64,000 nucleotides of DNA from Candidatus Woesearchaeota archaeon (GTDB taxonomy: Archaea > Nanobdellota > Nanobdellia > Woesearchaeales > ARS49): positions 70,097 to 134,096 of the forward strand of contig QZIM01000002.1 in the NCBI GenBank assembly GCA_003599055.1, read 5' to 3'. Shown piece after piece: positions 9,003 through 17,538 of the stretch. The position numbers and the translations under genes were made by a program. Every line of letters starts with the position of its first letter. Position 1 is the first letter of the stretch. The notes beneath the pieces are model-generated. The model saw only the letters and a program-made list of their open reading frames with translations, was not told where the DNA came from and ran no database searches.

Positions 9003-9199
9003 TTCTTGACTGCCTCTTCAAGGTTGGGCGCTTCCTTTTTGGCTTCTGCTTCAAGGTCTACGCCGAGGTCTTTGAGCCCTTTGAGGTGCGCCTGCATCAG
9101 TTGTTCAACAATCTGAACTATGCGCAAAAGTTCCTGTCTTTCCTTTGCAAGCGTGGTGAGCGCTCCTTTGTGGAATCCGATTTGTTCTTCGTTTGCCAT
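8999..9199 (-). CDS. small coiled-coil protein (66 aa), first gene of nucleotidyltransferase-peptidase operon
   Basis: Short charged helical ORF. Its stop overlaps the start of the HExxH gene. Confidence 0.4.
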   Translation of the reverse strand: MANEEQIGFHKGALTTLAKERQELLRIVQIVEQLMQAHLKGLKDLGVDLEAEAKKEAPNLEEAVKK

Positions 9200-9280
9200 T
9201 TTGTGTTCTCCGGCGAATAGTCCTAAGGGACTATTTTGTCATACTGGTGTTTATAAAGACGTTTTGCGATAAAAAGCTAA

Positions 9281-9296
9281 GTGACAAAAAAGTCAC
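9281..9296. promoter_or_regulatory. perfect palindrome gtgac-aaaaaa-gtcac in divergent intergenic region
   Basis: 5-bp arms around an A6 spacer, located between the divergent genes 8999..9199(-) and 9334..9873(+). A second hairpin, tagtcc-taag-ggacta, lies at about 9214-9229. Confidence 0.3.
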
Positions 9297-9333
9297 ATTT
9301 TTTTGAATAAGGTATTTATAGTTTTAATACTAC

Positions 9334-9873
9334 TTGAGTGTGATGAAGTATAAAAGTAGAAAGCAACCTTGCCGCGCGCTTGATTTGCCTGACTGGAACA
9401 AGAAAAAAGAGGCAGATAAAGACATCAGGGCTGAATTGGTGAGTTATTGTGCAGAGACCGGAAGAGCGCGGCCGATTGAACGGTTTGCTGCAGTAACCGG
9501 TTTATCTAAACGTACTGCGTCGATATACGTTGGAGGTATTTTTAGGCATGAGATTGTGAGGGGTAGCTCGACAGATTATAGGCGTGACCTTGCTCGATTT
9601 GCAATTCTGCTCGAATGCCTTGATGTTCCGCCGGAGCACGCACTCATACGGTTAATTCGGGAAAAGTATGATGCGAACTTTCCGTATCCTGTTTCTTCAC
9701 GGGCTGCTCGGTCTCAAGAAACAGTGAGTGCTCATACGAATACAATCGATGGTTTGGTAGAAACAGAAAATGAATATGAGGTTATGCTCAAATTATTGCC
9801 CGCATCCGATCAACAGCTCGTCTACCAACTCATTCAGCGTCTCTACGATGCAAGTCAAAAGAAGTCTGAGTGA
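9334..9873 (+). CDS. hypothetical protein
   Basis: Clean ORF with a helical, possibly HTH-like, N-terminal region. No firm motif. Confidence 0.45.
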   Translation: MSVMKYKSRKQPCRALDLPDWNKKKEADKDIRAELVSYCAETGRARPIERFAAVTGLSKRTASIYVGGIFRHEIVRGSSTDYRRDLARFAILLECLDVPPEHALIRLIREKYDANFPYPVSSRAARSQETVSAHTNTIDGLVETENEYEVMLKLLPASDQQLVYQLIQRLYDASQKKSE

Positions 9874-9884
9874 CTGTTCGTCTT

Positions 9885-10274
9885 TCAAATCCCGTCCTTG
9901 ATGATTTCAACACCGGGCAGTGAGTGGAAGTCAAAGTCACGGGTGATGAGCGTGCTCGATTCTTGTTGCGCGCTTGTATAGATGAGTGCGTCAATCGCTC
10001 CAAGGGAGTAGGTGTGGCCTATCTCTGCGGCATTGTTCGTGAGTGTGTGGTCGACATCAATGAATGTGCTGCGGGCTTTGATGAAATCGATAATCTGTCT
10101 GATTTTGTCATCGTTGATTTTATCACGCAGGAGTTTCCGTCGAATCTCGTAGAGCGAAAGACAGGAGGTCAGGATGATGTGCGGTCCTGTGACGAGCGCG
10201 AGCACGCGTTCGCTCTTCTCGAAGAAGTAGCCAAGCCAGGCAGAGGTGTCAAAGAAGTAACTAGAACCGGTCAT
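9885..10274 (-). CDS. vapC: PIN-domain ribonuclease (VapC toxin)
   Basis: N-terminal FFDTSAW with the first catalytic Asp, about 129 aa, conserved acidic residues later in the sequence. It overlaps the upstream small antitoxin gene. Confidence 0.75.
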   Translation of the reverse strand: MTGSSYFFDTSAWLGYFFEKSERVLALVTGPHIILTSCLSLYEIRRKLLRDKINDDKIRQIIDFIKARSTFIDVDHTLTNNAAEIGHTYSLGAIDALIYTSAQQESSTLITRDFDFHSLPGVEIIKDGI

Positions 10275-10461
10275 CCTTGTCTCGGAGGTCTCTCATAATC
10301 TCTTTCCATGATGCTTTGCCAAGCGCGCCATACATCGACTTCCGTGGCGCAGCGTTTCTCATCAGGTCCAATATCACTTCGTCGTACGATTTTGCACCCT
10401 TGGATTTGCGCATCTGCTGGAGAAGATGCAACGTTCGCTCCTGCACTTGAATCGTCGTCAT
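10261..10461 (-). CDS. vapB: VapB-type antitoxin (COG1753-like)
   Basis: 66-aa ORF (MTTIQVQERTLHLLQQMRKSKGAKSYDEVILDLM) matching the small archaeal antitoxins paired with PIN toxins. It has a 14-nt overlap with vapC. Confidence 0.55.
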   Translation of the reverse strand: MTTIQVQERTLHLLQQMRKSKGAKSYDEVILDLMRNAAPRKSMYGALGKASWKEIMRDLRDKDDRF

Positions 10462-10612
10462 AAACGCTATAGGGCTATAGCGCTATAATAATCTTTCGGA
10501 GATTGCTGCCAACTATCAATTCAGTCCTCACAATTCATCTGACGCCTGACAACCGATAACTAACAACCAACCACCAACAACCTTTAAATACTCCGTTCCG
10601 TTGACATTATAT

Positions 10613-11392
10613 ATGAAAAAGAGTGTGGCGGTAGTTGCAATACTTTTACTTCTGTGTGTTCCCGCATTTGCAAAGCAGGTGAGTTTCGCAAAAGCGCCGG
10701 GTGGCTCGTGGATTACGGGTGCGCAGATTCTTGACCTTCCTCCTCCGCCTCCTGTTCCGGGTTCGGAAACAACGCAGCCGACAACTCCTGCGCCAACGCC
10801 GTCTCAGGACACGCCTCCTCCCCCTCCTGTTCCTCCGTCTACAAGTGAAGCAGAAGATTTGCTTGCGGGGATTCCGGAAAATGTTGAGGCGCTCGATGAG
10901 CGCGTGGTTGCGCTTGAGCAAAAAGTGCAGGTGGTCGAGCTTATTCCGCGTTTTGAGGACCGTCTGAATAAGGCGGAGCAGCAGGCAGCGTCGGCGGCGA
11001 ATGTGGTTGAGCGTCTTGATGCGATGCAAAGCCAGCTTGATGCCGTGCGTGTTGATGTGAATAATGTGCGGGATGTCGCGTCCCGGCCGTATGTGGATTC
11101 GCCGACATTTTTTGCATCCATTGATTCGCTTGAGGGCAATGTGAAGACAAAGGCAATCCTGAGCATTTCTCTTGCGTCGGTTGCACTCATTATGGTCATC
11201 ACGCTTTTGGTGATGGGTATCCTCCAGCACCAGCGTGTGCAGCAGCAAAACCGGTTTATCGTTGTTCAGTTCCTGAAGAATTACCAAAAGCAGGGCTATC
11301 CGCTTGACACGCTGCGAATGCATCTTGCGGCGTGCGGGTGGTCAAAAGAATTCATCGAGTCTGCGGTGAAAGAGGCAGGGCAAGGTTTATAA
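10613..11392 (+). CDS. secreted, membrane-anchored coiled-coil protein with Pro-rich linker
   Basis: Signal peptide (MKKSVAVVAILLLLCVPAFA) and a Pro-rich tract (LDLPPPPPVPGSETT) that resembles the ELPPSPPxPG motif of neighbouring lipoproteins. It also has a coiled-coil heptad region, one C-terminal TM helix and a short cytoplasmic tail. Confidence 0.55.
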   Translation: MKKSVAVVAILLLLCVPAFAKQVSFAKAPGGSWITGAQILDLPPPPPVPGSETTQPTTPAPTPSQDTPPPPPVPPSTSEAEDLLAGIPENVEALDERVVALEQKVQVVELIPRFEDRLNKAEQQAASAANVVERLDAMQSQLDAVRVDVNNVRDVASRPYVDSPTFFASIDSLEGNVKTKAILSISLASVALIMVITLLVMGILQHQRVQQQNRFIVVQFLKNYQKQGYPLDTLRMHLAACGWSKEFIESAVKEAGQGL

Positions 11393-11410
11393 AAGACAAA
11401 AAGGTGTTCA

Positions 11411-12340
11411 ATGCAAAAGAGGTTGATGATGAAACGATTTGCAATTCTTATGCTGTTTGCACTGCTGGTTGCGTGCAGTGATGAGCTTCCTCCGTCTCCG
11501 CCCCCGCCCGGTCAGGTTGGGGTTGGCGCGGCAATTGCCGGCCTTGCGGGTGCAATGCCGTCGTGGGCTGCAGAGGCAAGGAACACGGCAATCACGCCAA
11601 GCCAGGCATACTATAATGATGGCGTCATTCTCTCAATTTCAAACTTTGACTATATTTACTCAAATGGGTATTTTTTCAACGCCAAGTCGCGTGTGTGGGA
11701 GCGTTTTAACCTGCAGGGTGAGATGAATAAGGATTGGGTGAAGGGCCAGGCGGTTGCAAGTATTCCGGTAAGCCCGGACAAGTTTGCCGAAGGGGATAAT
11801 TATCTGGTCGTCTATGGCTGCACAAAAGTGGGCGGGCAGTGGGATTGTAACAATCGCAGATGGATGCTGGTCGCGTTTAAGGTGCTTGGCTTTGCCGGTG
11901 GCCAGATTCCTGAGAGTGCAAACATTGACCAATTTGTGGTGAACCGCGGCATTCCTCCTTTTGCGGTCATAAAGACTGGCGCGGAGTATGATGTGTTTGA
12001 GGAGACCACGGGTTTTGATGAAATTAAGGTTGTTCGCTATGATGCGCAGTACCGTGAGCCAAACGGCTTGGTTGTGCTCGTGCACGTTTTTGATTTTGCC
12101 TCGCGCCAGGATGTTGATGACACGGTTTTTGCGCATTTTGCCGAAATCATCAGGCAGGGCTGGAAGGTGCATCAGGGCCATAATGTCGCATTGTTCCTTG
12201 GTGAGAATGACCATCGCGTGGCAACGTGGACGTCAGGAAAGGAAATCATTTACGTTGAGACGTTTAAGGCGGAAAGTGCAAGCAAGGAAATTATTGATGA
12301 GTACTTGCGCAAATACCCGTCTGACTTGAAGAAGGTTTGA
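11411..12340 (+). CDS. lipoprotein, paralog of 12340..13980 N-terminal domain
   Basis: Lipobox LLVACSDELPPSPPPPGQ. The block NAKSRVWERFNLQ...YLVVYGCTKVGGQWDCNNRRW aligns with NKKSRVWERLTVD...YVLTYWCIDTD...FDCNTNKW in the next gene. Confidence 0.6.
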   Translation: MQKRLMMKRFAILMLFALLVACSDELPPSPPPPGQVGVGAAIAGLAGAMPSWAAEARNTAITPSQAYYNDGVILSISNFDYIYSNGYFFNAKSRVWERFNLQGEMNKDWVKGQAVASIPVSPDKFAEGDNYLVVYGCTKVGGQWDCNNRRWMLVAFKVLGFAGGQIPESANIDQFVVNRGIPPFAVIKTGAEYDVFEETTGFDEIKVVRYDAQYREPNGLVVLVHVFDFASRQDVDDTVFAHFAEIIRQGWKVHQGHNVALFLGENDHRVATWTSGKEIIYVETFKAESASKEIIDEYLRKYPSDLKKV

Positions 12341-13980
12341 TGATGTGGAAGGCAGCGTTACTCCTCGTATTGTTGGTTGCGTGTCAGGGTGAGTTACCTC
12401 AAGCGCCGCCCGCGCCGGGTCCTGTTTCTCCGTATGGGCGGGCAATCGGCGGGCTTCCTATCAGTGAAGCGCAGCGCCCTTCTTGGGCTGCGGAAATTCG
12501 GTATACGGATGTTGAGCCGGTTCAGGTAAAGGACGGCGAGAGTGTTCGGGTGGTTGTGGAAAAGCCGGCAAGTGTCTCGACAAAGTTCTACATTCACGGG
12601 GCAATGTATGTTTTTAACAAGAAATCAAGAGTGTGGGAGCGCCTCACGGTTGACCCGTCGCAAAGCGGGAAGATTGTGCAGGAGTGGGTTGAGGATAAGG
12701 CGACGTTTTCTTTTGCGGCAAACAAGAATCGCTTCGAGCAGGGGCAAAATTATGTGTTGACGTATTGGTGTATTGATACGGATACGAGGGATGCGAACGG
12801 GCGCAAGGTGTTTGACTGTAACACGAACAAGTGGGGCTTGGGCGCGTTTGAGTTTCGTGTGGGGTTTGCGGACATTCTTGTTGAGACCAACCTGCCGACG
12901 TATACGTATGTGCGTTCAAATGAGACGTTGCTTGCGGAAGGGACGGAATATGAGGCAAGCTATCTTGGCCCGTCAGGGACGGTTCCGGTAAAAGTGCTTC
13001 GGTTGTTCAATGCATCTGCGCACAAGCGGCTTTTGGCGCAGAACCTGCAATTGCTTGAGCCGATTTGGAGCAGGCTTTCGGGCGTGTGCGGCTTTGTGCA
13101 GCAGGATAGGGTGCTTGGGACAACGATTACGTGGCTGAGCAATAATTCTCGGGTGACGGTGCAAACAGTGCTTGGCGATGACCCGCGCATCTCTGCGTAC
13201 GCGCAGCGGTATCCGTCTGATTGTCGTCTTATTGATGAATTGCGCAGGCTTGCGGCGGGGCAGACGGGCTTTTGCGGCAACGGCATTATTGAGCAAGGGG
13301 TTGAGCAGTGTGACGGGCAGCTTGATTCTGCCTGTCCTGGTGCGTGCCGTCCTGACTGCAGTTGTACGCAAAAGGGCGACCCGCAAACAGGGATGTGCGG
13401 TGATGGTGCAATCCAGCAGCCGAACCGCAATGGGGTTGTTGAGACGTGCGAGCCGCCGCTCAAGCGCGACATTGTGACGGGCCAGATAATTTCAGGCAGT
13501 TTGTGTTTTGTGCGCAATCCTGTTTCCGGTGCAATGCAGGAGGGCAATTGTAACGGTGAGTGCGTGTGTGTTGCGGGCTCAATTTCCCTGCCGAAGTGCG
13601 GGAACGGCGTGTGCGATGCGGGCGAGTCGCGCGAGACTTGTCCTGCGGACTGTTTCCGTGATGTTTCTGTTCCGAACGTGACCGCGGTTGTTCCGCAGGC
13701 GGGAAGCACGATACAGGCGCGTCCGATGGTGTTCGCAATTGATGCGCGGGATGATTTTGGTGTTTCTGCCTGTACTCTTTCGCTTAATGCAGGTGCGGCA
13801 GAGCCAATGCAAAGGGACGCGACTTCCTGGACGTTGGCAAAGTCTGTTCCGAATGGCGTGCAAAGTGCGGTGTTCCGCTGTGCGGATGGCGCGGGGAATG
13901 AGGCAGGGGTAACGGTTGAATTTACCGTAGATGCGGTTGATGCGGCGAATCAGACGAACGCAACGAACGGTTCGCAGTAA
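12340..13980 (+). CDS. lipoprotein with Myxococcus-type Cys-rich repeats and C-terminal Ig-like domain
   Basis: Lipobox LLVACQGELPQAPPAPG. Three CGNG/CGDG-x-E-x-CD Cys-rich repeats (CGNGIIEQGVEQCDGQ, CGDGAIQQPNRNGVVETCEPP, CGNGVCDAGESRETCPADC). The ATG overlaps the upstream TGA (TGATG). Confidence 0.6.
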   Translation: MMWKAALLLVLLVACQGELPQAPPAPGPVSPYGRAIGGLPISEAQRPSWAAEIRYTDVEPVQVKDGESVRVVVEKPASVSTKFYIHGAMYVFNKKSRVWERLTVDPSQSGKIVQEWVEDKATFSFAANKNRFEQGQNYVLTYWCIDTDTRDANGRKVFDCNTNKWGLGAFEFRVGFADILVETNLPTYTYVRSNETLLAEGTEYEASYLGPSGTVPVKVLRLFNASAHKRLLAQNLQLLEPIWSRLSGVCGFVQQDRVLGTTITWLSNNSRVTVQTVLGDDPRISAYAQRYPSDCRLIDELRRLAAGQTGFCGNGIIEQGVEQCDGQLDSACPGACRPDCSCTQKGDPQTGMCGDGAIQQPNRNGVVETCEPPLKRDIVTGQIISGSLCFVRNPVSGAMQEGNCNGECVCVAGSISLPKCGNGVCDAGESRETCPADCFRDVSVPNVTAVVPQAGSTIQARPMVFAIDARDDFGVSACTLSLNAGAAEPMQRDATSWTLAKSVPNGVQSAVFRCADGAGNEAGVTVEFTVDAVDAANQTNATNGSQ

Positions 13981-14026
13981 GTTTATATATCAGGAAGGCT
14001 CATTATAGTCAGAAAAGAGGTCAGAA

Positions 14027-14395
14027 ATGAAATACGCGTTGCTTACATTGTTTGCAGTCATAGCGGTTTCTTCGCTTGCGCTTGGCATCTTGTTTGTCGA
14101 GCCGACCGGGAACGCAGTGCTGACAGAGTATGGTGCGATGGTGTATGACGGGCAGTATGCTCCTGCACAATATGGCTATTTTACCGTGCCAAAGCGGTGT
14201 ATGTATCAGGTGCCGTGCAGGATGCGTGATGATTCGTGCCCGTCGGGTGATGCGGTTTTTGCGGACGGGTATCGCGTGGGCTGCTCGCTTGGCTTGTCAA
14301 CGCCGCGGTGCGGCCATTACCTGATTGGGTGGAACGGAGGTCAGGACTGCAGTTATTTTGACCCGAATGTGCAAACGCAGTGTGTGTGCCCATGA
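14027..14395 (+). CDS. small secreted Cys-rich protein
   Basis: N-terminal signal or anchor followed by 10 Cys in about 90 aa. Confidence 0.45.
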   Translation: MKYALLTLFAVIAVSSLALGILFVEPTGNAVLTEYGAMVYDGQYAPAQYGYFTVPKRCMYQVPCRMRDDSCPSGDAVFADGYRVGCSLGLSTPRCGHYLIGWNGGQDCSYFDPNVQTQCVCP

Positions 14396-14613
14396 ACAAG
14401 GGAGTGTTGGTTTTTGGTGCCGTGACGGCGGGGCTGGTTGCGGTTCTTGCGCTTTCAGGAAGTTTAGGCGGGATTACGGGGCTTTTGTCTGAGTCTTCGC
14501 AGCCGTTTGATTTTGCGCGCTCGATTCAGGTGGGGGTTGTTTTGCTCGCATCGCTTGGCATTCTTGTTATCACGTTGTTGAATGTAACGCATCAGGAAGA
14601 GGTGAACAAATGA
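14392..14613 (+). CDS. small two-TM membrane protein
   Basis: ATGA overlap with the upstream gene. Two hydrophobic helices. Confidence 0.4.
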   Translation: MNKGVLVFGAVTAGLVAVLALSGSLGGITGLLSESSQPFDFARSIQVGVVLLASLGILVITLLNVTHQEEVNK

Positions 14614-15023
14614 TGGGTGTGATGGTGAATTATTTGGCGGTTCTTGCAGCGGCGGTTGCATCTATTGCGCTGGGTATGGTGTGGTATGGTCCTTTGTTTG
14701 GCAAAGTGTGGATGAGATTGTCCGGCTTTACTCCAAAGTCAATGAAGCAGATGCGCTTAACGGCAGGGCAGGCGATGGGCTTGGGAACGCTGGTGACGCT
14801 GGTGATGGCGTATGTGGTTGCGGTCCTGCTGAATTTGCTTTCTGTTGTCTCTTTTGCCGGCGCGGCAAAGCTTGCCGTCCTCTTGTGGCTTGGCCTTTCG
14901 CTTCCGCTCGTCCTTGGCGGGTTCTTGTGGGAGAACAAGCCGTTTGCCTTGGTCGCGCTCAACGCTGCGTACCGCTTGGTTGAACTGCTCGTGATTGCTG
15001 CCGTGATTGTGGCGATGGGGTAG
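14610..15023 (+). CDS. DUF1761 family membrane protein
   Basis: The WYGPLFGKVW motif and four TM segments are typical of DUF1761. Confidence 0.55.
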   Translation: MMGVMVNYLAVLAAAVASIALGMVWYGPLFGKVWMRLSGFTPKSMKQMRLTAGQAMGLGTLVTLVMAYVVAVLLNLLSVVSFAGAAKLAVLLWLGLSLPLVLGGFLWENKPFALVALNAAYRLVELLVIAAVIVAMG

Positions 15024-15067
15024 TTTTGCCGCAATCTTTATAACTATCCCCTTGGCGCTTCGCGCGT

Positions 15068-15340
15068 ATGGCAGAAGCAGTGTGGGGTGCATTTTTTATT
15101 GTCTTCATAATCGGGCTCTCGCTTGCGGGAGCTTCAACGGTTCTGAAGTACATTGACGCAAACAAGGAGTGTGCGAAAAACACGGATTGCGCGCAGTCAC
15201 AGTATTGCGGGAGCGATTTTAAGTGTCACGAGTACCCGAGTGTCGCGATTACGAACGTGGAGTCTGATTGGACGCGTCCCGCGACAATTCTTGGGCTGTC
15301 AATCGTGCTGGGCGCGTTGATTTTGAGACGGCGCCGTTAG
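15068..15340 (+). CDS. small membrane protein with Cys-rich ectodomain
   Basis: An N-terminal TM helix, a CxxxxCxxxxxCxxxxxxC block, a C-terminal TM helix and an RRRR tail. Confidence 0.4.
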   Translation: MAEAVWGAFFIVFIIGLSLAGASTVLKYIDANKECAKNTDCAQSQYCGSDFKCHEYPSVAITNVESDWTRPATILGLSIVLGALILRRRR

Positions 15341-16596
15341 AACTCGCCAAGTCCTTTCTGTGCGCTTTTCTTCGGCGCAGACTTTGGCAGTATCTGCTTC
15401 GCGTGCGGCGCCCCTTCAAATAATGGAACTCCGTATGCGCCGTCGTAGCCGGGTTTCCATTGGACGTGTGCGGTTTCTGCAATTGCGCGCGCGATGCGCA
15501 AATCAACGTGTTTGGCAACTTCTGCTTCTGGCGCTGACAAGGCTGCAATTTCGTTTCCAAATGCAGCGATGAGTTTCATATATTCTGCCCACACTTTTTT
15601 GCTTGCGACGGGCGAGCCAATCAGGTGTGCGATGATTTCAGACAACGGAATCAGATTTCGGTACGGTTTTGCGTTTGGCCGTTTTGCGCCTTCGGGACGG
15701 TCGGCGAGCGCTTCAACTCTGCTTGCAACGCCGACAGTGACCGGTGTTTTGCAGGATGGGCAAATCTTCTTGAGCGCCAAACTCTCGCGCGGGGACAGGC
15801 AGGTTCCGCACGCGCGGTGCCCGTCAAAGTGGTATTTTCCTTCTTCAGGGTAAAACTCGAGCGTTTCAACAACGTTATTCTCTCGAATTGACCTGATGAG
15901 TTCTTTGTAACTCATATCGTTCATATCAAAAACAGTTGCTTCGCGCCCGATTCTCCACGGCCAGTGCGAGTGCGCATCAGAACTTGAAATCAGGGTGATG
16001 TTATCAAGTTGTGATAATCTCCAGTTCATTCCGGGGTCAGAAGATAATCCGGTTTCGATTGCGTGGATGTGTTTGGTTTGGTCTAAGAATGCTGCCTGAA
16101 GGGAGTCAAATCCGCTCATGCTGCCAAAGACGGAGAACCACGGGGTCCACGCGTGCGCGGGAATGATTTCAATGTCGGGGCTTATTTGCCGGAGGTCTTC
16201 GGTGAGCGCGGCGCAGCTGATGTTGAAGATAGGTCTTCCGTCGTAGTCGAGCCGTCCTTTTTTGCCAAGATACTCCTGGATTTGGTCGGCAACGTCAAAT
16301 GAGGGTGCAAGAATGACGACGTGGACCCGTCTTCCCTTGCCGTCCTGAGAATAAATGAGTGATATTTCGGTCTGGAGGACAAACGGGTATCCTGTTTTGG
16401 TGCGAAGAACGCCCGTTCCGTCATCGGTCAGTTGTGCCTTGAGTTCCGTGAGCCATTTTGGGTGTTGAAAGTCTCCTGTTCCCAAAAGCGAGATTCCTTT
16501 CATCCGCGCGTATTTTTCAAGGTTCGGGATAACGAGGTCTTTGCTGCACGCACGCGAATATTTGGAATGCAGGTGGAGGTCGCAGATGACGTTCAT
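15337..16596 (-). CDS. PHP-domain protein (archaeal TIGR00375-like)
   Basis: N-terminal DLHLHS metal-binding motif of the PHP (polymerase/histidinol-phosphatase) fold, additional His/Asp clusters (SSSDAHSHWPW), and a length of about 420 aa typical of the archaeal family. Confidence 0.7.
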   Translation of the reverse strand: MNVICDLHLHSKYSRACSKDLVIPNLEKYARMKGISLLGTGDFQHPKWLTELKAQLTDDGTGVLRTKTGYPFVLQTEISLIYSQDGKGRRVHVVILAPSFDVADQIQEYLGKKGRLDYDGRPIFNISCAALTEDLRQISPDIEIIPAHAWTPWFSVFGSMSGFDSLQAAFLDQTKHIHAIETGLSSDPGMNWRLSQLDNITLISSSDAHSHWPWRIGREATVFDMNDMSYKELIRSIRENNVVETLEFYPEEGKYHFDGHRACGTCLSPRESLALKKICPSCKTPVTVGVASRVEALADRPEGAKRPNAKPYRNLIPLSEIIAHLIGSPVASKKVWAEYMKLIAAFGNEIAALSAPEAEVAKHVDLRIARAIAETAHVQWKPGYDGAYGVPLFEGAPHAKQILPKSAPKKSAQKGLGEF

Positions 16597-16628
16597 ACGG
16601 CAGGGGTCTGTACTGCCCTATTTATGCA

Positions 16629-17000
16629 TTACGCGCGTGCAACGGAGGGTTCGGGTGTTATCTTGTAGCCGGCATACAGCAGAATCGCGGCAATGCCAAG
16701 GTGCAAAAGGTGGTCGTAAAAGTTTGCGTTCAAAAGTTCTGCCGTGATGCGCGGAAGGACAATGCCGATGACGCCGACAGCAAGGTATACAACACCAAAC
16801 GCTTTGTTGTAGAGTCGTGCGTGGATTCCGTGAAAGAGGAGGGCAGCAAGTATGCCAATGGTGCCGCTCACAAGATGAACGTGGTTGTGCAGCTGGTTTA
16901 CGGTAAACAAAAGGAGCGTGGTGCCGTCAAGGTAGCCAAACACTCCTCCTGCGGTAAGGGCAAGTCCGGTGCCGAGTGCAGTGTATTGTTGCGCGTCCAT
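16629..17000 (-). CDS. DUF4383 family membrane protein
   Basis: NQLHNHVHL motif and four TM helices. Start placed at the internal ATG (MDAQQY). Confidence 0.5.
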   Translation of the reverse strand: MDAQQYTALGTGLALTAGGVFGYLDGTTLLLFTVNQLHNHVHLVSGTIGILAALLFHGIHARLYNKAFGVVYLAVGVIGIVLPRITAELLNANFYDHLLHLGIAAILLYAGYKITPEPSVARA

Positions 17001-17076
17001 ACGTCCTCTTTTGACTGTGTGAAGGCAGGGGTGCTTATTATATTTTTGCACCAGGTTTTTAAAGTGCTGCTGCCTT

Positions 17077-17538
17077 TTGGCAGGTATGGTGAAAGTGCAA
17101 AAGCGGGTGGTGAAGTTTGTGGAGTATCGTGCGGTGGTTTTTGTCGCAAGGCTGCTCTATATTGCGGGGCTTACGGCGCTTATTCCGCTCTTGCCTCTCG
17201 TCTTTGTCCCTGACCGTTTGATTGAGGCAAAGCTTGCGCTTGGCTTTTCGATAGGGCTTATCACGGTCAGCTTTTTCACCATTTTTTGGTTTACGCATTC
17301 AAAGAAAGAGTCGCTCAGGGCGCTTGGGCTTATGACGCTTGTTCCGGGAGGGCTCGCGCTTCTTTTTGCGTATGGCGGTGAGCGTGCGCTGGTGAATATT
17401 ATTGCAAATTTAGGCCCGATTACTCCGCTTGTTGAGGATTGGTTGAGGAATTATGTGCCGAAAAGCTGGCTTTTGGCAGGCGTCTATATTATGCTGGGTT
17501 CTGCGCTGATGTATGTTGGCGAGCGAGTGCGGAAGTGA
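17077..17538 (+). CDS. hypothetical membrane protein
   Basis: ORF with four or five TM segments and no recognised motif. Confidence 0.4.
   Translation: MAGMVKVQKRVVKFVEYRAVVFVARLLYIAGLTALIPLLPLVFVPDRLIEAKLALGFSIGLITVSFFTIFWFTHSKKESLRALGLMTLVPGGLALLFAYGGERALVNIIANLGPITPLVEDWLRNYVPKSWLLAGVYIMLGSALMYVGERVRK

Noticed and set aside
10646-11323. 225-aa Arg-rich ORF on minus strand
   Set aside because: It is antisense to the well-supported secreted coiled-coil gene, and its composition is an artefact of reading GC-rich coding DNA in reverse.
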